From Botryllus schlosseri (taxonomy: Eukaryota): 64,000 nt of DNA. The stretch covers positions 14,386,001-14,450,000 of the forward strand of contig CM119371.1 of NCBI GenBank assembly GCA_051294905.1, written 5' to 3'. The notes beneath the pieces are model-generated. The model saw only the letters and a list, made by a program, of their open reading frames with translations, was not told the origin of the DNA and made no database searches. A program made the position numbers and the translations under genes. Positions 26,101-36,684 of this stretch are shown in pieces; position 1 is the stretch's first letter; each line of letters starts with the position of its first letter.

Positions 26101-29100
26101 GTGAAGCAGCTTTTGTTTGTTCATCATCACGTATTTAGTAACTCAACATGCCCTGAATTGTGTGGCGAGATAGCGCAGTGGTATAATCCGCGGCTGCAAC
26201 ACCAATGGGTGCGGGTTCGAGTCCGACCGACTTCCGAATTCCGATACCTAAGTGTTGGGGGTTTACCTAGGCTCCTCCTCGCCACCTCATCCGCGCCAGC
26301 GGTGTCTTACAAAAGCCTAGAGGTGGGCCGTGCTATAAGTCGGCAGTTACGGAAAATAAGAAGAATATCGGCCTGGTGTAAATGACCATAGTAGTCGACA
26401 AACACCATGAATACCGCAAAACAAACAAACAAATGCCCTGAATTAATCCTAAATAATTATCTGCCAACCAAACTACAATCACCGCCGTTAGCAGAAGCAG
26501 ACTCCTTAACAGCTAATCAGCAAGCCACCACTGTCGTGGTCATTGAAGCATAGACGATTACCAATCGAGAGTCGTTATTTCGTGATTACTAGTCTTGTTG
26601 CCGTTCTATGGGCGCTGGCAAGCCCACTTGTTGGTAGCTACTTTCAAACGCCTTGCGACAAATCTTAACGCATTCCTGTGAGCTTATTCCAGGCTCATTG
26701 CTGTTTTTTTATCAATAATCTATAGAATGAGACATAGATACCCATCATTTTTGAGATTTTTCAAATTTTGGACAGCCGTAGCTGTAGCTGCAGCTGTAGC
26801 TGTAGCAATAACTATGAATTGGAGTTGAATCGCGCACAGCGCGAAACAAATTTCAATTGACTGCAGCTTTGCGCCCGTCTTGAAATGCTTGCACGCCCCT
26901 CTAGTTTGAGAACCACTGATTTAGACATCTATAAAACACTACTGAGAGTTTCATAGGTTACTTAAAAACCTACTTGAGTAGTCTGAAAAAGTAGATTATA
27001 GAATAACTTGGTTTCTCATCCCATTCGTGATCAATTTGTTACGTCCTGCACTCACCGCCGGAGAAACTGTCCACGCTGTAATCACACTCGTCCTTGCCGA
27101 ATTCGCAATCCAACATTCCGTCTCCGAATTTCTCCGGAGGCAACCTGGGCGGCTTACGGTCGTAGCAGTAACGCCTGTCGGGACAATCGACTTCGTCAGC
27201 GTCGTTATCGCAGTTTAGCACCATATTACACCTACAGATAAAGTGTTACATCCACGTTGAAGTATAGCGCCTTTCAATAGTAAGCGTGTGGGCAACCGCT
27301 GACTTTTTCTGAAGGCGACAAAAATGTGAGTTGATTGCTGATTTGGTTAGTAACGGAGTACGTATACTTTTCCAGCGTACTACAGAAGGATTGTACTACT
27401 TGCACAACTTGCTCAGGTGGTAATGTGTTTAAACTATACTTCCATTTCTACCTGAACAGTTTTCAGGTAAAACCACTTACTAATAGGATTTTGAACAGTA
27501 GAAAGCTTTGGCATGAGTTTGCAGCACGATCGCCAGATAATTGTCAAACGAATCCCATCAAATAGTTCCTGTATCACAGTAAATGAAAATATTTTCGAAT
27601 ATTGTACCTATTTGCCGTGTAGTTGGTAATTTTGCGTTCAACGGGCAGATACATTTTGTAATTTTGAAGTTCTGCTTAACTGGTGAATGTATATGTAAGT
27701 TGTATACACCGTACAATCAAATGTACTCTTTGCAAGTACTTACTAGGGTAGTGGTTCTCAACAGCCGATATGCCAGATATTTTAGAATTTTATACATCAA
27801 TTTCAAAATGCAACTTGTTGATAAAACAAATAAATCATCAAGTTTCAAACTGATTCAGACCTTCGCCAGTTTCTTAATTGATAGTATCGTGAGGTAACAT
27901 CATGTCCGTTAATTAACATGTTCGATTTTACTTGAAGTTCATGCCGTCTCCGATGACGAAAAACGAAATGCGAGCGACAACTTGGAGATGACTCATCTTG
28001 GATCTCTTTATCCATCATATTATCGTCAGTTAAAGGTGAGTATAGGGCTATAGGCCTACGCCCCACAGATGCAACAACAATGGATTCTTCGGCGATTGGA
28101 CATTTATACTACAAGGGCACCATTATTATATTCAAGTTGTTATTGATTTGTTTCAACATTCGAACTCTGATTTAATTTGACTTCGGCAATGACATGAGCA
28201 ATAACTCATACTTACAAGTATGTCCGATACCCGGATTAGGCTACAATGCTCAAATGCTCTGATATCTATCTCATATCAATCTTTGTTACATTCTAAAATA
28301 TTCGACCTATAGTTGTGGCATGCCATATGTCCGCCAGATGCAAAATCATAACGTGACAGCTTTTATACGATGTCATGATGCGTTTGTCCTCTCGCATGGT
28401 ATCTATAAATAAATATTGCGACAAATTATGCCAAATACAACAATATGAATTTTCAAATATTTAAAAATGTTACGTTTTCGTGGCAAGCGTACCTATTACA
28501 AAAGTAAATCACATTTTTCACCATGTGTATGGACTGCCAGTCTGCAAGGTCCTGTCCAATAAGGCTTACTTGGAAATACATATAATACCCGGCCGGAGGC
28601 GTCATCAAAACCTAGGAAATTGGCCCGCGAGCGCATTTGAGTTTGAGACCCCTGCTTTACATTTTGGGCTGATTTCAATTTTTGAAGGCCCGCCGGTCCG
28701 CCAAATCTTTTTTGAATGGTTGAGAACTACAGATCTAGAGTACTTTTCCGACCCTTCCATTTAAAGAGGTTATGAGATGTCTTGAAAATCGCAACTTCTA
28801 CTTGTAATTGAGTATAACTAAAGCAACGTCGTTATTACGTAACTCAACACTAAATTTAGCCCTCCGTAAGCTACCAATATCAGTGACTATCAGTGGCGTT
28901 GTAAAGTCGAAAGCATGTATCAGGAACTCGCCTCTCGAGCTTATCATACGTGGAGTTATAGGAATCGTTTCCGCACGCTATCCTATCGCATCCGACCTCG
29001 TCTGTGGCATTAATACAATCCACCAAACCATCGCATATGTAGAATTTGTTGGATTCGTCGTCTATCTTCGCGCGTGCTGCTTCGTCGATGGGCATGCAGT

Positions 29101-32100
29101 TATGTGTGCCAAGCAAAATATGTCTACAGAATTCCGGCGTGTCTTCACATTCCGCCCCGCATTCATCATCCAAATACATGCCACATCTTGGACGTTTATC
29201 GCATTTAGTCACTTCGATGTCGTTCAATCCGTTTGGAGAACACGTAAAAAGGCTTTGTCGTTCAGAAGTTGTGTTTATACATTTCGGACAGTCTTTCAAA
29301 ACAAGGCCATTGATATCTGTGAATTTGGACTTGGCAAGGCAACTGTATCCAACCGTACCGTTACCCCAAGAAATTTGATTACTGTTGCAGTTGCGTTGGC
29401 TCTCGCAAAAGGCGACGGTCTCATTATATTTGTGACGACACAGGCATTCGTCGCTCAAATCCAGACAGTCCACTATGCCGTCACATACCTGGTTGACGTT
29501 GATGATCAGCCCGTCTAAGCACTGGAAGCATTTCTCGATGTCTAGCGCGCCGCTATGCTTAAAACATATGTCGCGTTGATCGGGACAAGTGGAATAGACA
29601 GTCAAAGTCGGATCATTAGCATGACGCCATCGGTCAATCAGTTCACGTGGCAGCGTGCATCGCTGTCCGTTTACTTCTGGTGTTTTGTAGAACGTTTGTA
29701 ACGGACACTTGAACCCTACTTGTTGCCTAGGCTCGTCTTCGCCACCGGCACACGAGCGGGCACCGTCGCAGAAATCGGAGAAATCTTTATCGCGGTTTTC
29801 ATGCTCTCTGCACTTGCCACCGATGTACACGTTCGTGTTGTCGCATTTCATAACGCTCTGGAACCTGACGTCCGGCGAACAGTTGAATTCGTCGTCGTTC
29901 AGGTCGATAACGCAATCGCAGGGCTGAACGAATCATAAGGCGTTGAATGAAGTAAATATGCATCAGTAAAAAAATGTAGGCTCATAGACTCATCAGAAAA
30001 AATAGAAACTCGAATTGAATGAGAAATATTCTACTGTCCTTTTTATATTTATTACATGTTACACGTTATTTAGTTTCAGTTTATGCATGATGAAGTCTCG
30101 GTAAAACCACCTACTTGATTTTGAGAGTTGGGTATCTCATGTTTTTATATGTACTTTTATTATACTGTCAGGAGTCGCTAAATTGTACTTTGGAATTCAA
30201 TTAACTATTGTTATTTATATACAATCTTCGCTCAACATCAAGGCTATTTAAGCTGCACACTGCTCGGAAGGCAGCGACTAAGAAAATGTGCTTTGTACCA
30301 TTGCATATACATTTCCGTGCAGTAGTTCTCGAATTGGGGGCGTGAAAGCTTCAGAGGGAGGCGATTTTTTTCGCGCTCCGCGTGATTTACCACTAGCTTA
30401 TAGTTGTTGCTCTGTGTATTGTCAGACTTTGATATTTCAGAATTCACTCATCAACAGATAGTTAAAATGTATCATGTTTAACATTGTTTCGAATCATGAC
30501 GGCAAATAGATATTTTTTTAATTAACCGTCACTTTCTCATCACCTAATATCCACACATTTACTGAGCAGCATTTATTAACAATAAAATTTGGAAACAAAA
30601 TTAAAATACACAGGAGAATATAGCTAAAAATTTCACTCGGCCCGCCAACGTAGTTTTTACTTCTCATCAGAAAAAATAGAAACTCGAATTGAATGAGAAA
30701 TTTGCTACTGTCCTTTTTATATATACTACATGTTACACGTTATTTAGTTGCAGTTTATGCATGATGAAGTCTCGGTAAAACCACCAACTTGATTTTGAGA
30801 GTTGGGTATCTCTTTTTTTTATATGTACTCTTATTATACTGTAAGGAGTCGCTAAATCGTACTTTCGAATTCAATTAACTATTGTTTTCTTGGATTTCAC
30901 ATGAAACCGATCTAAGCGAGTAGTATGGGCAACTTTTAAACATACATAACATTTTCGGTATCGTGACGTAAAGCAATTCTGAAGCAGATCCTGAAATCTC
31001 CACACTACGTCACAATTCTGCTACCCAAGTTCAAGACTTGTATGCTATCATCAGTTTGCGAACCCATGAAATGTCCTGGTTCGTGTGAACGCGGATGGGG
31101 ACCTATGACGTCACGTGACGTCATATTGCTAATTCAAAACTTTCTATATATTAATGTACAATGTACCTTGTAGATGATACCTAGAACATACTGGATTTTC
31201 AACGTCACATAATGTATCAACTGGAACAATAAAATGCTATATATTTCCAAAAAATCGCTTTGCCAATAATTTCGACGAGGAATCGGCTAGACCGGACAGA
31301 TGTGTTTTTAAGAGTTGAACACCGGTTTACTTGCGCCACATATTATCCAAAAAACAAGTTATACAGTAGCCAACACCAACAACCCGATCGGACGGATTTG
31401 GTTTTTATGATGCAATAAGGATATCAAATAAAGATAGATTCCGCACGCCTGATGATTTTTTACATGAGACATCGATGAATTCTTCTTATCAATTTCGTTG
31501 ATGTAAATAACTGATTGGATGACTAAGCACAATTCACTTAATTCCTGCATGCAGTGTGTATCGTTCTTGCTGTTGTGGCGGGCAAAGCTCACAGAGTCGC
31601 TCAAGATTCACAAACAGAAAGCTGAATATTCCGAGCAAACTTTCGAGCATATAATTTTTAAAATTGGCAAAGGTCGATGCCCGTTTCGTGCTGAATTTCT
31701 TTCCATGCTGCCAGCGCCATGCGGAGAGTGGTCGGAAGTTGAAATGCAATGAATTTCAACCAAAGACGTTGTATTGACTTGAAAAATTGTATTACATGAA
31801 AGTCATATATGTTGCGATCATAGTCAAAGGCGCAGTCGGGAACGTTATGTGTCTTTGCCATCACCTATCTTTGTGGAAATGGATTTTCGGCACTCGTTCA
31901 TATCAAATCGACAGCACAGATTTTCAAGACAGGGCCGTGTATTTCAAGAAAGGCAGCTACGGAATTCGCTTTGAAATAAGACAGGTGGCGGAGAGCTAAA
32001 TTTGAATTAAAACTGTGTGGGTGTGTGCATGTGTGTGTGTGTGTGTGTGTGGCGGGCGGGTTGCGCGGGTCCGTGACTGTTCAACGGGCGTCCACGAAGA

Positions 32101-33236
32101 GAAAAGTTTGAGAACCACTGATGTAGTGCAAAGCTACACAAGTTGGGAGAAATGAGATATATGCGAATTCGTGATCAAACCGCAGCATTGAGACAGGGTG
32201 TAGTGAAATAGATTACTTCGAAAACATACCAAATATGATCTAATCGTGATGTAGAACAGGCATTGGATTCTTTGGGGATCGCATAAAAGGTACGAATTTA
32301 GCATTCCACGTCATTCATACATACTTTTGTGACGTCATCATGAGTGATACTCGAATACTCGACTATAGGATAATATTATAGAATGCAAACATGGAACGGC
32401 AACGACCGATTTTGCAGCTTCGTTTCACTTCGCTGAGGCTGGAGTCCTGGAGAGGTGGAAGCAAATCATGCGTTACGCGAAAAAACTTTCAGTTAGATGT
32501 ATCATGTGCAACGGTAGCACATAGCAAATACATATTTTGGCGATTTTGGTGTCAAATCCCTTCTATTCTCTGAATTTGGCATGGGTCAAACGTACCTGAC
32601 CATAAGATAAATCGCAATATAATTAGGATTATTGCCGTTGGTTGAGACTAAGAAGTCTCAGCATTCATTTTCCTCCGGGTACTTCGCGCCCCCCTTCACA
32701 TGCTTTCTCGACCCCCCACCCCCACCCCCAGTTTGAGAACCACTAACTTGGTAACTCAAGTTTGCCCAGTCCAGGAGGTATATCTACTGCTAGCCAAGTG
32801 CCCTATATATATTAGATGAGATGCAACAAATGGATACAATTTATAATGCGATCCGAGTACACATACCGTGTGTTGGATTATGCAGTTCAATAGACGAAAT
32901 ATTGAGCAATAAAATATGTCTAGAAAATAGCATCCGGTACTTCACCTTATCAAATCGCGCGTAATAGTAAGATGACGTTGTTTCTTCATAATCGTATTCA
33001 TTCGCACTTCCATCATCGGGGAACCAATCGTCGGTTGCGGTGTTATAATTCGAGTCATAATAGTGTTCCGGTAAATATGCAGCTGGGTTGTTTTCATCTC
33101 GTTCTCCTGAACTTTGCTCGCACACACACCAGGCAGTCAGATCTGTAGTAATGACCAGGTGAGTCCAAATTTTTATGCGGCTTCCATGTGCTAGAAACCA
33201 ACTGCAGCGACCTTCATCCTCACAGCAGGACTTCAC
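4838..33236 (-). CDS. Multi-exon LDLa-repeat rhodopsin-class GPCR (RXFP/GRL101-like 7TM, no LRR region); last exon interrupted by a hAT insertion, so possibly a disrupted allele or pseudogene
   Basis: Exons 32946-~33236, 28932-29923, 27056-27231, 17996-18243, 14063-14577, 9520-9650 and 7452-7538 + 4838-5127 join with compatible phases (0,2,1,0,2,1). Motifs: LDLa D-C-x-x-x-x-D-E-x-x-C repeats, TM1 LGN, TM2 NLAIADFLMGIYL, ECL2 VCLP, TM6 TDFLCWVP, TM7 NSALNPFLY. Confidence 0.88.
5136..7451 (-). mobile_element. Internally deleted hAT (Ac/Hermes-like) transposon inserted in the GPCR last exon
   Basis: TIR CAGTGATGAGC; TSD CTATAAGC (5128-5135, 7452-7459); GGAGTC subterminal repeats; BED finger (5713-5928, SDVW..C..C..GTSHLRRH) and catalytic-domain start ITTDMWTD...SLTVHF (5279-5671). 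Confidence 0.93.
7452..7538 (-). CDS. LDLa-GPCR last exon, part before the hAT insertion (ICL3 and start of TM6)
   Basis: gttcag|GT CGC AAC ... RNRSPASNSNESRSRKDRILWRRISRLI, then the transposon TIR. Confidence 0.85.
7576..8082. mobile_element. hAT MITE with GACTCGAGTC repeats
   Basis: TIR CAGGGTTGTAA / TTACAACCCTG; TSD TTAGTGTA / TTAGTGTC. Confidence 0.85.
8520..8820 (+). mobile_element. SINE copy (same family as 26160-26432), diverged head
   Basis: Body cctaagtgtt...ggctcctcctcgcc...gaccatagtagtcgacaaacaccatgaatacc plus (CAA)n tail aligns to the 26160 copy. Confidence 0.8.
9020..9316 (-). mobile_element. tRNA-derived SINE (second family)
   Basis: On the minus strand: A box TAGCGTAATGG, B box GGTTCGATTCC, then GGCCGGGTCAGGCCAAAGAC and a CCCTTGGTAAAGG core-like motif. 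Confidence 0.65.
9520..9650 (-). CDS. LDLa-GPCR exon TM5 (absent from the ORF track)
   Basis: ttgcag|G LFPKVVDSNWEYTAVVVLFDFVAFIYILFAYTAIYIFNVRRTR G|gtaagt; 131 nt, phase 2 to 1. Confidence 0.9.
10021..11360. mobile_element. hAT MITE with TACTTC subterminal repeats
   Basis: TIR CAGAGGTGGTCA / TGACCACCTCTG; TSD CTCTTATG (10013-10020, 11361-11368). Degenerate relatives at ~8178-9485 and ~11440-14037. Confidence 0.9.
11575..14024. mobile_element. Foldback hATm-like element with ~1-kb inverted arms containing transposase C-terminal sequence
   Basis: TIR TAGGGTG; TSD CTGACCAC (11567-11574, 14025-14032); arms ~11575-12572 and ~12989-14024. Plus strand decodes SWFVIK...AKNFY, NAYFDHPEN and PCHNEAV..HVTLVTEAS..V.G...RDGLIR. 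Confidence 0.88.
14063..14577 (-). CDS. LDLa-GPCR exon ECL1-TM3-TM4-ECL2
   Basis: tttcag|YKGIYCAKWQEWRSNSLCSGIGALAMLSSQ...SYRFFGIRSPF...GYYSADSVCLP AG|gtatga; 515 nt. Confidence 0.92.
14843..15823 (+). mobile_element. TAGGGATGGTGTGAAC-family hAT MITE, full copy
   Basis: TIRs at both ends; TSD CTTAGGAC / CTTGGGAC; GTGAAC subterminal repeats. Confidence 0.9.
15837..17041. mobile_element. Degenerate hAT-Charlie MITE
   Basis: Left end CAGGAGTCGGCAAAC...GGCACGCGTGCC; right end ...GGCACGC...ATTGCCGGCCCCT. TSD not clear. Confidence 0.55.
17075..17322 (-). mobile_element. 3' fragment of RTE-like LINE
   Basis: RRGGWNRTTWRSTIETEL...LEDAHDRPRWRRL* resembles the RTE ORF2 C-terminal motifs R.RGRP..TW and A.DR..WR. 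Confidence 0.6.
17996..18243 (-). CDS. LDLa-GPCR exon TM1-TM2
   Basis: aaacag|GT CAA AAC ATG ... WVLALMAILGNTIVI ... LNLAIADFLMGIYLLTLGIKAIE|gtgagt; 248 nt. Confidence 0.92.
20593..21503 (-). mobile_element. CGGBP1-like hAT deletion derivative inserted in the Penelope ORF
   Basis: TIR TAGGGCCATT / AATGGCCCTA; TSD GTAACGTG (20585-20592, 21504-21511); zinc finger KVSCQVCSCIVKHEKRFFVEQHLATLKH; ATGACTT subterminal repeats. Confidence 0.88.
22236..22272 (+). ncRNA. Candidate minimal type I hammerhead ribozyme (U3-A8 variant) in the Penelope 3' region
   Basis: aactc-TTGAAAA-g.aggcacc.c-GAAA-agtct-TC-gagtt: stem I aactc/gagtt, core with a C3U/G8A compensatory change, minimal stems II and III, AATAAA directly downstream. 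Confidence 0.6.
23840..24704. mobile_element. hAT-Charlie MITE
   Basis: TIR CAGAGGTCTCAAAC / GTTTGAGACCTCTG; TSD CTTTAGAG. Related copies at ~28200-28654 (reverse) and from 59000. Confidence 0.9.
24902..26035. mobile_element. Non-autonomous TIR element with ~200-bp inverted arms and a telomere-like (CCCTAA-rich) core
   Basis: GTGAACTCGG / CCGAGTTCAC repeats at the ends; arms 24940-25110 vs 25840-25950 are inverted; degenerate CCCTAA tract ~25245-25600. Confidence 0.75.
26160..26432 (+). mobile_element. Full-length tRNA-derived SINE
   Basis: A box TAGCGCAGTGG, B box GGTTCGAGTCC, (CAAA)n tail, 12-bp TSD ATGCCCTGAATT (26148-26159, 26433-26444). Other copies at 8520-8820, ~47210-47345 (minus) and ~50636-50712. 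Confidence 0.9.
27056..27231 (-). CDS. LDLa-GPCR exon (last LDLa modules and linker)
   Basis: ctgtag|G TGT AAT ... CNMVLNCDNDADEVDC...GDGMLDCEFGKDECDYSVDSFSG G|gtgagt; 176 nt, phase 2 to 1. Confidence 0.9.
28932..29923 (-). CDS. LDLa-GPCR large Cys-rich exon (several LDLa modules)
   Basis: Acceptor ttcag|CCC TGC; 992 nt open, with FCDGARSCAGGEDE, VCDGIVDCLDLSDEC and ICDGLVDCINATDEVGC; ends at AG|gcgagt (GC donor, phase 2). Confidence 0.88.
29990..30886. repeat. Local direct duplication of ~225 bp (29990-30213 and 30664-30886)
   Basis: ctcatcagaaaaaatagaaactcgaattg...caattaactattgtt occurs twice with few differences. Confidence 0.9.
31060..31868 (+). mobile_element. Old degenerate copy of the TAGGGATGG MITE family
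   Basis: Internal blocks (atgacgtcacgtgac, ggatttggtttttatgat, atgctgccagcgccatgc) are colinear with 14843-15823. Confidence 0.7.
32946..33236 (-). CDS. LDLa-GPCR putative N-terminal exon (acidic, Tyr-rich); 5' boundary and start codon unresolved
   Basis: Open frame ...EHYYDSNYNTATDDWFPDDGSANEYDYEETTSSYYYARFDK ends at AAG|gtgaag (phase 0), matching the phase-0 acceptor at 29923. No in-frame ATG is seen. Confidence 0.55.
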
Positions 33237-33275
33237 CCGTCATAAGCAGGTGGTATTTTTCTAATCGTGCTATAG

Positions 33276-34727
33276 CAGTGGTTCCCAACCTTTTTGTCTT
33301 CATTCCCCACTTCGGATTTTTTCCGAACCTTCATTCCCCACCAGGACCGTAACAGCACGTTGTCAGTCCCGCCCAAAAACGTAGGTCTTAGGCCCCCAGA
33401 ACCCCCTCAACCCCGCTGAGCCTGTACGCATTTCCCAGCAATTTATCAGCTACTTTGGGTCTAATGTTTAGTGCGTGGCCCTTATATCGACTAAACGTGC
33501 GAAGCGCGAAAATTTTTTATAATTCGTGTTTGAATCGGCCAATATGATCGGGAAATGCATGTATTTTACTATCAATTTTTTATCCCCTCTGCTCACGTAA
33601 TCAGATTTACCGGTAGAGTGAGGTGTGTTGGAAAAGGTAGGTCCCCTAAATAAGAATTGGACATCTTCGGGCAGATCCGTTGGTATATTGATTTCGTTAC
33701 ATTATGCTATTTCGTGACCTCCTATATCTGCTATGTCAAAAGATATGGAAATCGCCAAAGCTAAAGGGCACACACGATTTCACATTGGTATTGCTTTACT
33801 GGCAAATAACTTTTTCCTGCGGGATGGCATTTGTCCTGTGGGGTTCAGATCACCAGGACAGGGACATTCGACGCCAGCCATGTAGCCAATTAAACATATA
33901 TGTATATTGTATATATATCGAAGTTCTGGGTCACCACAAGGGCATTCCTTGCCGGCCTTCTCGGCCAAGGTCTTCTCGCTACTGATCGTTCTGGCACACT
34001 TCTCGGAGTTGCATGTTTCATATCCTATAACTTCATATGCCTTGGTGCGTCATGGCGCAGTTATAGCCGATGCCGAAGTTTCCATTTCTATAAATTGTAC
34101 GTATTTTCGTGGGAAAGGGTACCTAATAATCAGATATTCCGCAATATTGAATCGCGCACACAGCGCGATTTTTTTTAAAGGGGCATAACTTTAACAAAAA
34201 TACTTTAATTTATGTGTATTCACGATATAATTTTGGGCCCCCTCGAGCTCGCGTCCCCCCAATTGGGGGATTTGAGGTGCGGCAGTTACGGTTCTGTTCC
34301 CCACTACCCAGCACTTTTGTCATCACAGAGCAGCTATTTGCTGGTTTGACTACACAATACACACAACCCCACCAGTACGCATGACAATCGCCTATAACTG
34401 CAACATAAAACGTACTGTGAACCGATACGAGTAAAGCTAAAAAATTTCGCGAAAGCGTTATTTCACGTCAAACAAGTCGTGCTGGATGCGTTTGTGACGC
34501 CATTATTGGCCATCCAGCGTTAAAAATGAGGTTTTGTGAACAACACACGCAATAGAATTTTCGATCCATACATTCAACAGCAGTTAACTGGTAACGGTAA
34601 TTGCGCATGTGTCTCCGTGAATAAGTAGACTGTTCTGTATATAGTTTTGAACAAATGCGTCTATTCCCCACCAGAAACCATTGAATTCCCCACCAGTGGG
34701 GAATTCCCCACCGTTTGGGAACCACTG
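33276..34727. mobile_element. hAT-Charlie MITE immediately upstream of the LDLa-GPCR N-terminal exon
   Basis: TIR CAGTGGTTCCCAA / TTGGGAACCACTG; TSD TGCTATAG (33268-33275, 34728-34735). Confidence 0.9.
33342..34296. mobile_element. hAT MITE nested in the previous MITE
   Basis: TIR CAGGACCGTAAC / GTTACGGTTCTG; TSD TTCCCCAC (33334-33341, 34297-34304). Confidence 0.85.
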
Positions 34728-35289
34728 TGCTATAGGGATCGGGTGAAGTAACACGAGTAGGCAAGGTCTACCGGTCTGGGCCCGTCCAATTGTCATAACA
34801 CGAATAGCAAGCAGCGTTCAATTTTCGTCTGGAGGACGCCAATAATATAGCCTTCATTGCAATATATATAGACTTAACGATCCCATATATAGTGGTCATT
34901 AGAAGTATATAACGTACCGCAACAAATTTCCTCCACTGGTAGTTTTCGACAGAGTTACATCAGAAGTAAAGACCTATAATAACAGCGGTTAACCACCCTC
35001 GACGTAATAAGGTCAAGTATCCATAATCGCGAAAGGTATATAACCGCATTTACTGACGTTCGCGCCTGATGAGAGTCAGTCGTAAAGCTTTGAGAGGAAT
35101 AAATTGTACAATATGAACATGTTGGTTGCTCTGACATCAATATATATACGTTATACAAATTTCATAATAACAATGTTTAGTCGGGATTGTGACGGGTAAG
35201 TTGATGCGTTCATTTACTGTGAATGGTTGAAATCTTGGAAGCCCAGTAAGATTTCCAAAGTCAATATGCAGCATTATATACCATGGCAG

Positions 35290-36249
35290 TAGGGATGGTG
35301 TGAACGTGATGTTCACGTTCGCGTTCTGTGTCTGAACGTGGGGTTCACGTGCACAAACGAACCTAGGTAGGTTCTGCACTGTGAACCTTTTTAAAATTAA
35401 ACAAATTTCACTACACTATAACATCTTTGGTTGAAATTTATTGCATTACAACTGCGGGCCACTCTGTGCATAGCGCTGGCAGCATTAAAATCAACACTAA
35501 ATCGAGCACGTACCTTGACAATCTCAAAGATTTTACTTGTTTTGTTACAAAATTTCGCTCGAAATATCCAGCTTTCCGTTTGCTAATATTTAGTGATTCT
35601 CTGATGTGAGCTTGACCCGCAATCACACAACATCAAGAGCGAAATACACTACAAGTAGGATATGTAGTCAGCGAATAATGCTTATTCAACCAATTAATGG
35701 AATTGATATCGCTGTCTGATGTAAAAAATCATGTTTATTGTATCATAAACTCCAAATCCGTGCGATTGGGATGTTGGCTACTGCTGCACAACTTGTTAAT
35801 GGGGTAATATCGGTAGCAAGTGTAGAAACCCGTTTAACTGTCTGCTCAATATAAACGTAGCAATACTCACACGCCGAATGCCTTGTCCAGTCTGGCCTAG
35901 ACGGTTACGGCGTAAGCTTATATTCCCTTGCTAGTCCTCTTCGAAATTGTTGGCAAAGCGACGGAAGATATTGGTTAAATGGGATTATTATATCATTTGA
36001 TTGCCCCAATTGATACATTTCTGACGACGTTTAAAACGTCCTGTGGCATTATGTGGCCCGAGTCGTCGCTAGGTATCGTGTACAATCTGTACATCAAAAT
36101 AGGCTATCACTTCACTGAAACGTATGGCTGGAATTAGCGATATGACGTCACGTGACGTCATCAGGTTCACGTTCGGGTTCACACAGAACCTTTCAAAAAG
36201 ATTCGCGTTCACACGAACCTGAACCTTTCAGAGGTTCACACCATCCCTT
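35290..36249 (-). mobile_element. TAGGGATGGTGTGAAC-family hAT MITE, reverse copy
   Basis: TIRs; TSD CATGGCAG (35282-35289, 36250-36257); reverse complement of 14843-15823. Confidence 0.9.
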
Positions 36250-36684
36250 CATGGCAGCAGTATGTCATTAAGTGTGGTATATCGATATTACTGTTTGTGT
36301 TGGATTGTTCGATTATTATTTAGTCTAGGATTCGCAAAGTATCCTATCCGAAACTCATTCCTACCGAAACGGAGTGATTATATAATATGAGGTGGTAATT
36401 CTAGATTTTAGTCTGACTGACGGTGTTCAAATCCGCAATGTAAGAGTATCATAACGGTGTACCTGCAGCTGGAATTTGCGGTTCAATAGTAACATGTGGT
36501 ATCAATACAATTTTATTGACATTAAATTTGAGCAGACCTTATTGTGATTGTGGCATCACATTGATACCATGTCATAAAAGTAGCCCAATCTTACTTAAAG
36601 AAGGCTTTGTCAGTATCAAATGCCTATTTTCCGTTATAAATTAGGCTACGTAGTTTCGTGGATGTTTTAGGCGTAGGCTAGTTA

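Noticed and set aside
26160..26235. tRNA gene (A/B boxes, GCA anticodon-like loop); similar at 9245-9316 and 47295-47345
   Set aside because: Acceptor and anticodon stems do not pair cleanly and each continues into a SINE-like body; the 26160 copy also has a tail and TSD.
28808..29518. 236-aa plus-strand ORF (and similar ORFs at 14035-14566)
   Set aside because: Antisense shadows of real GPCR exons, with no recognisable motifs.
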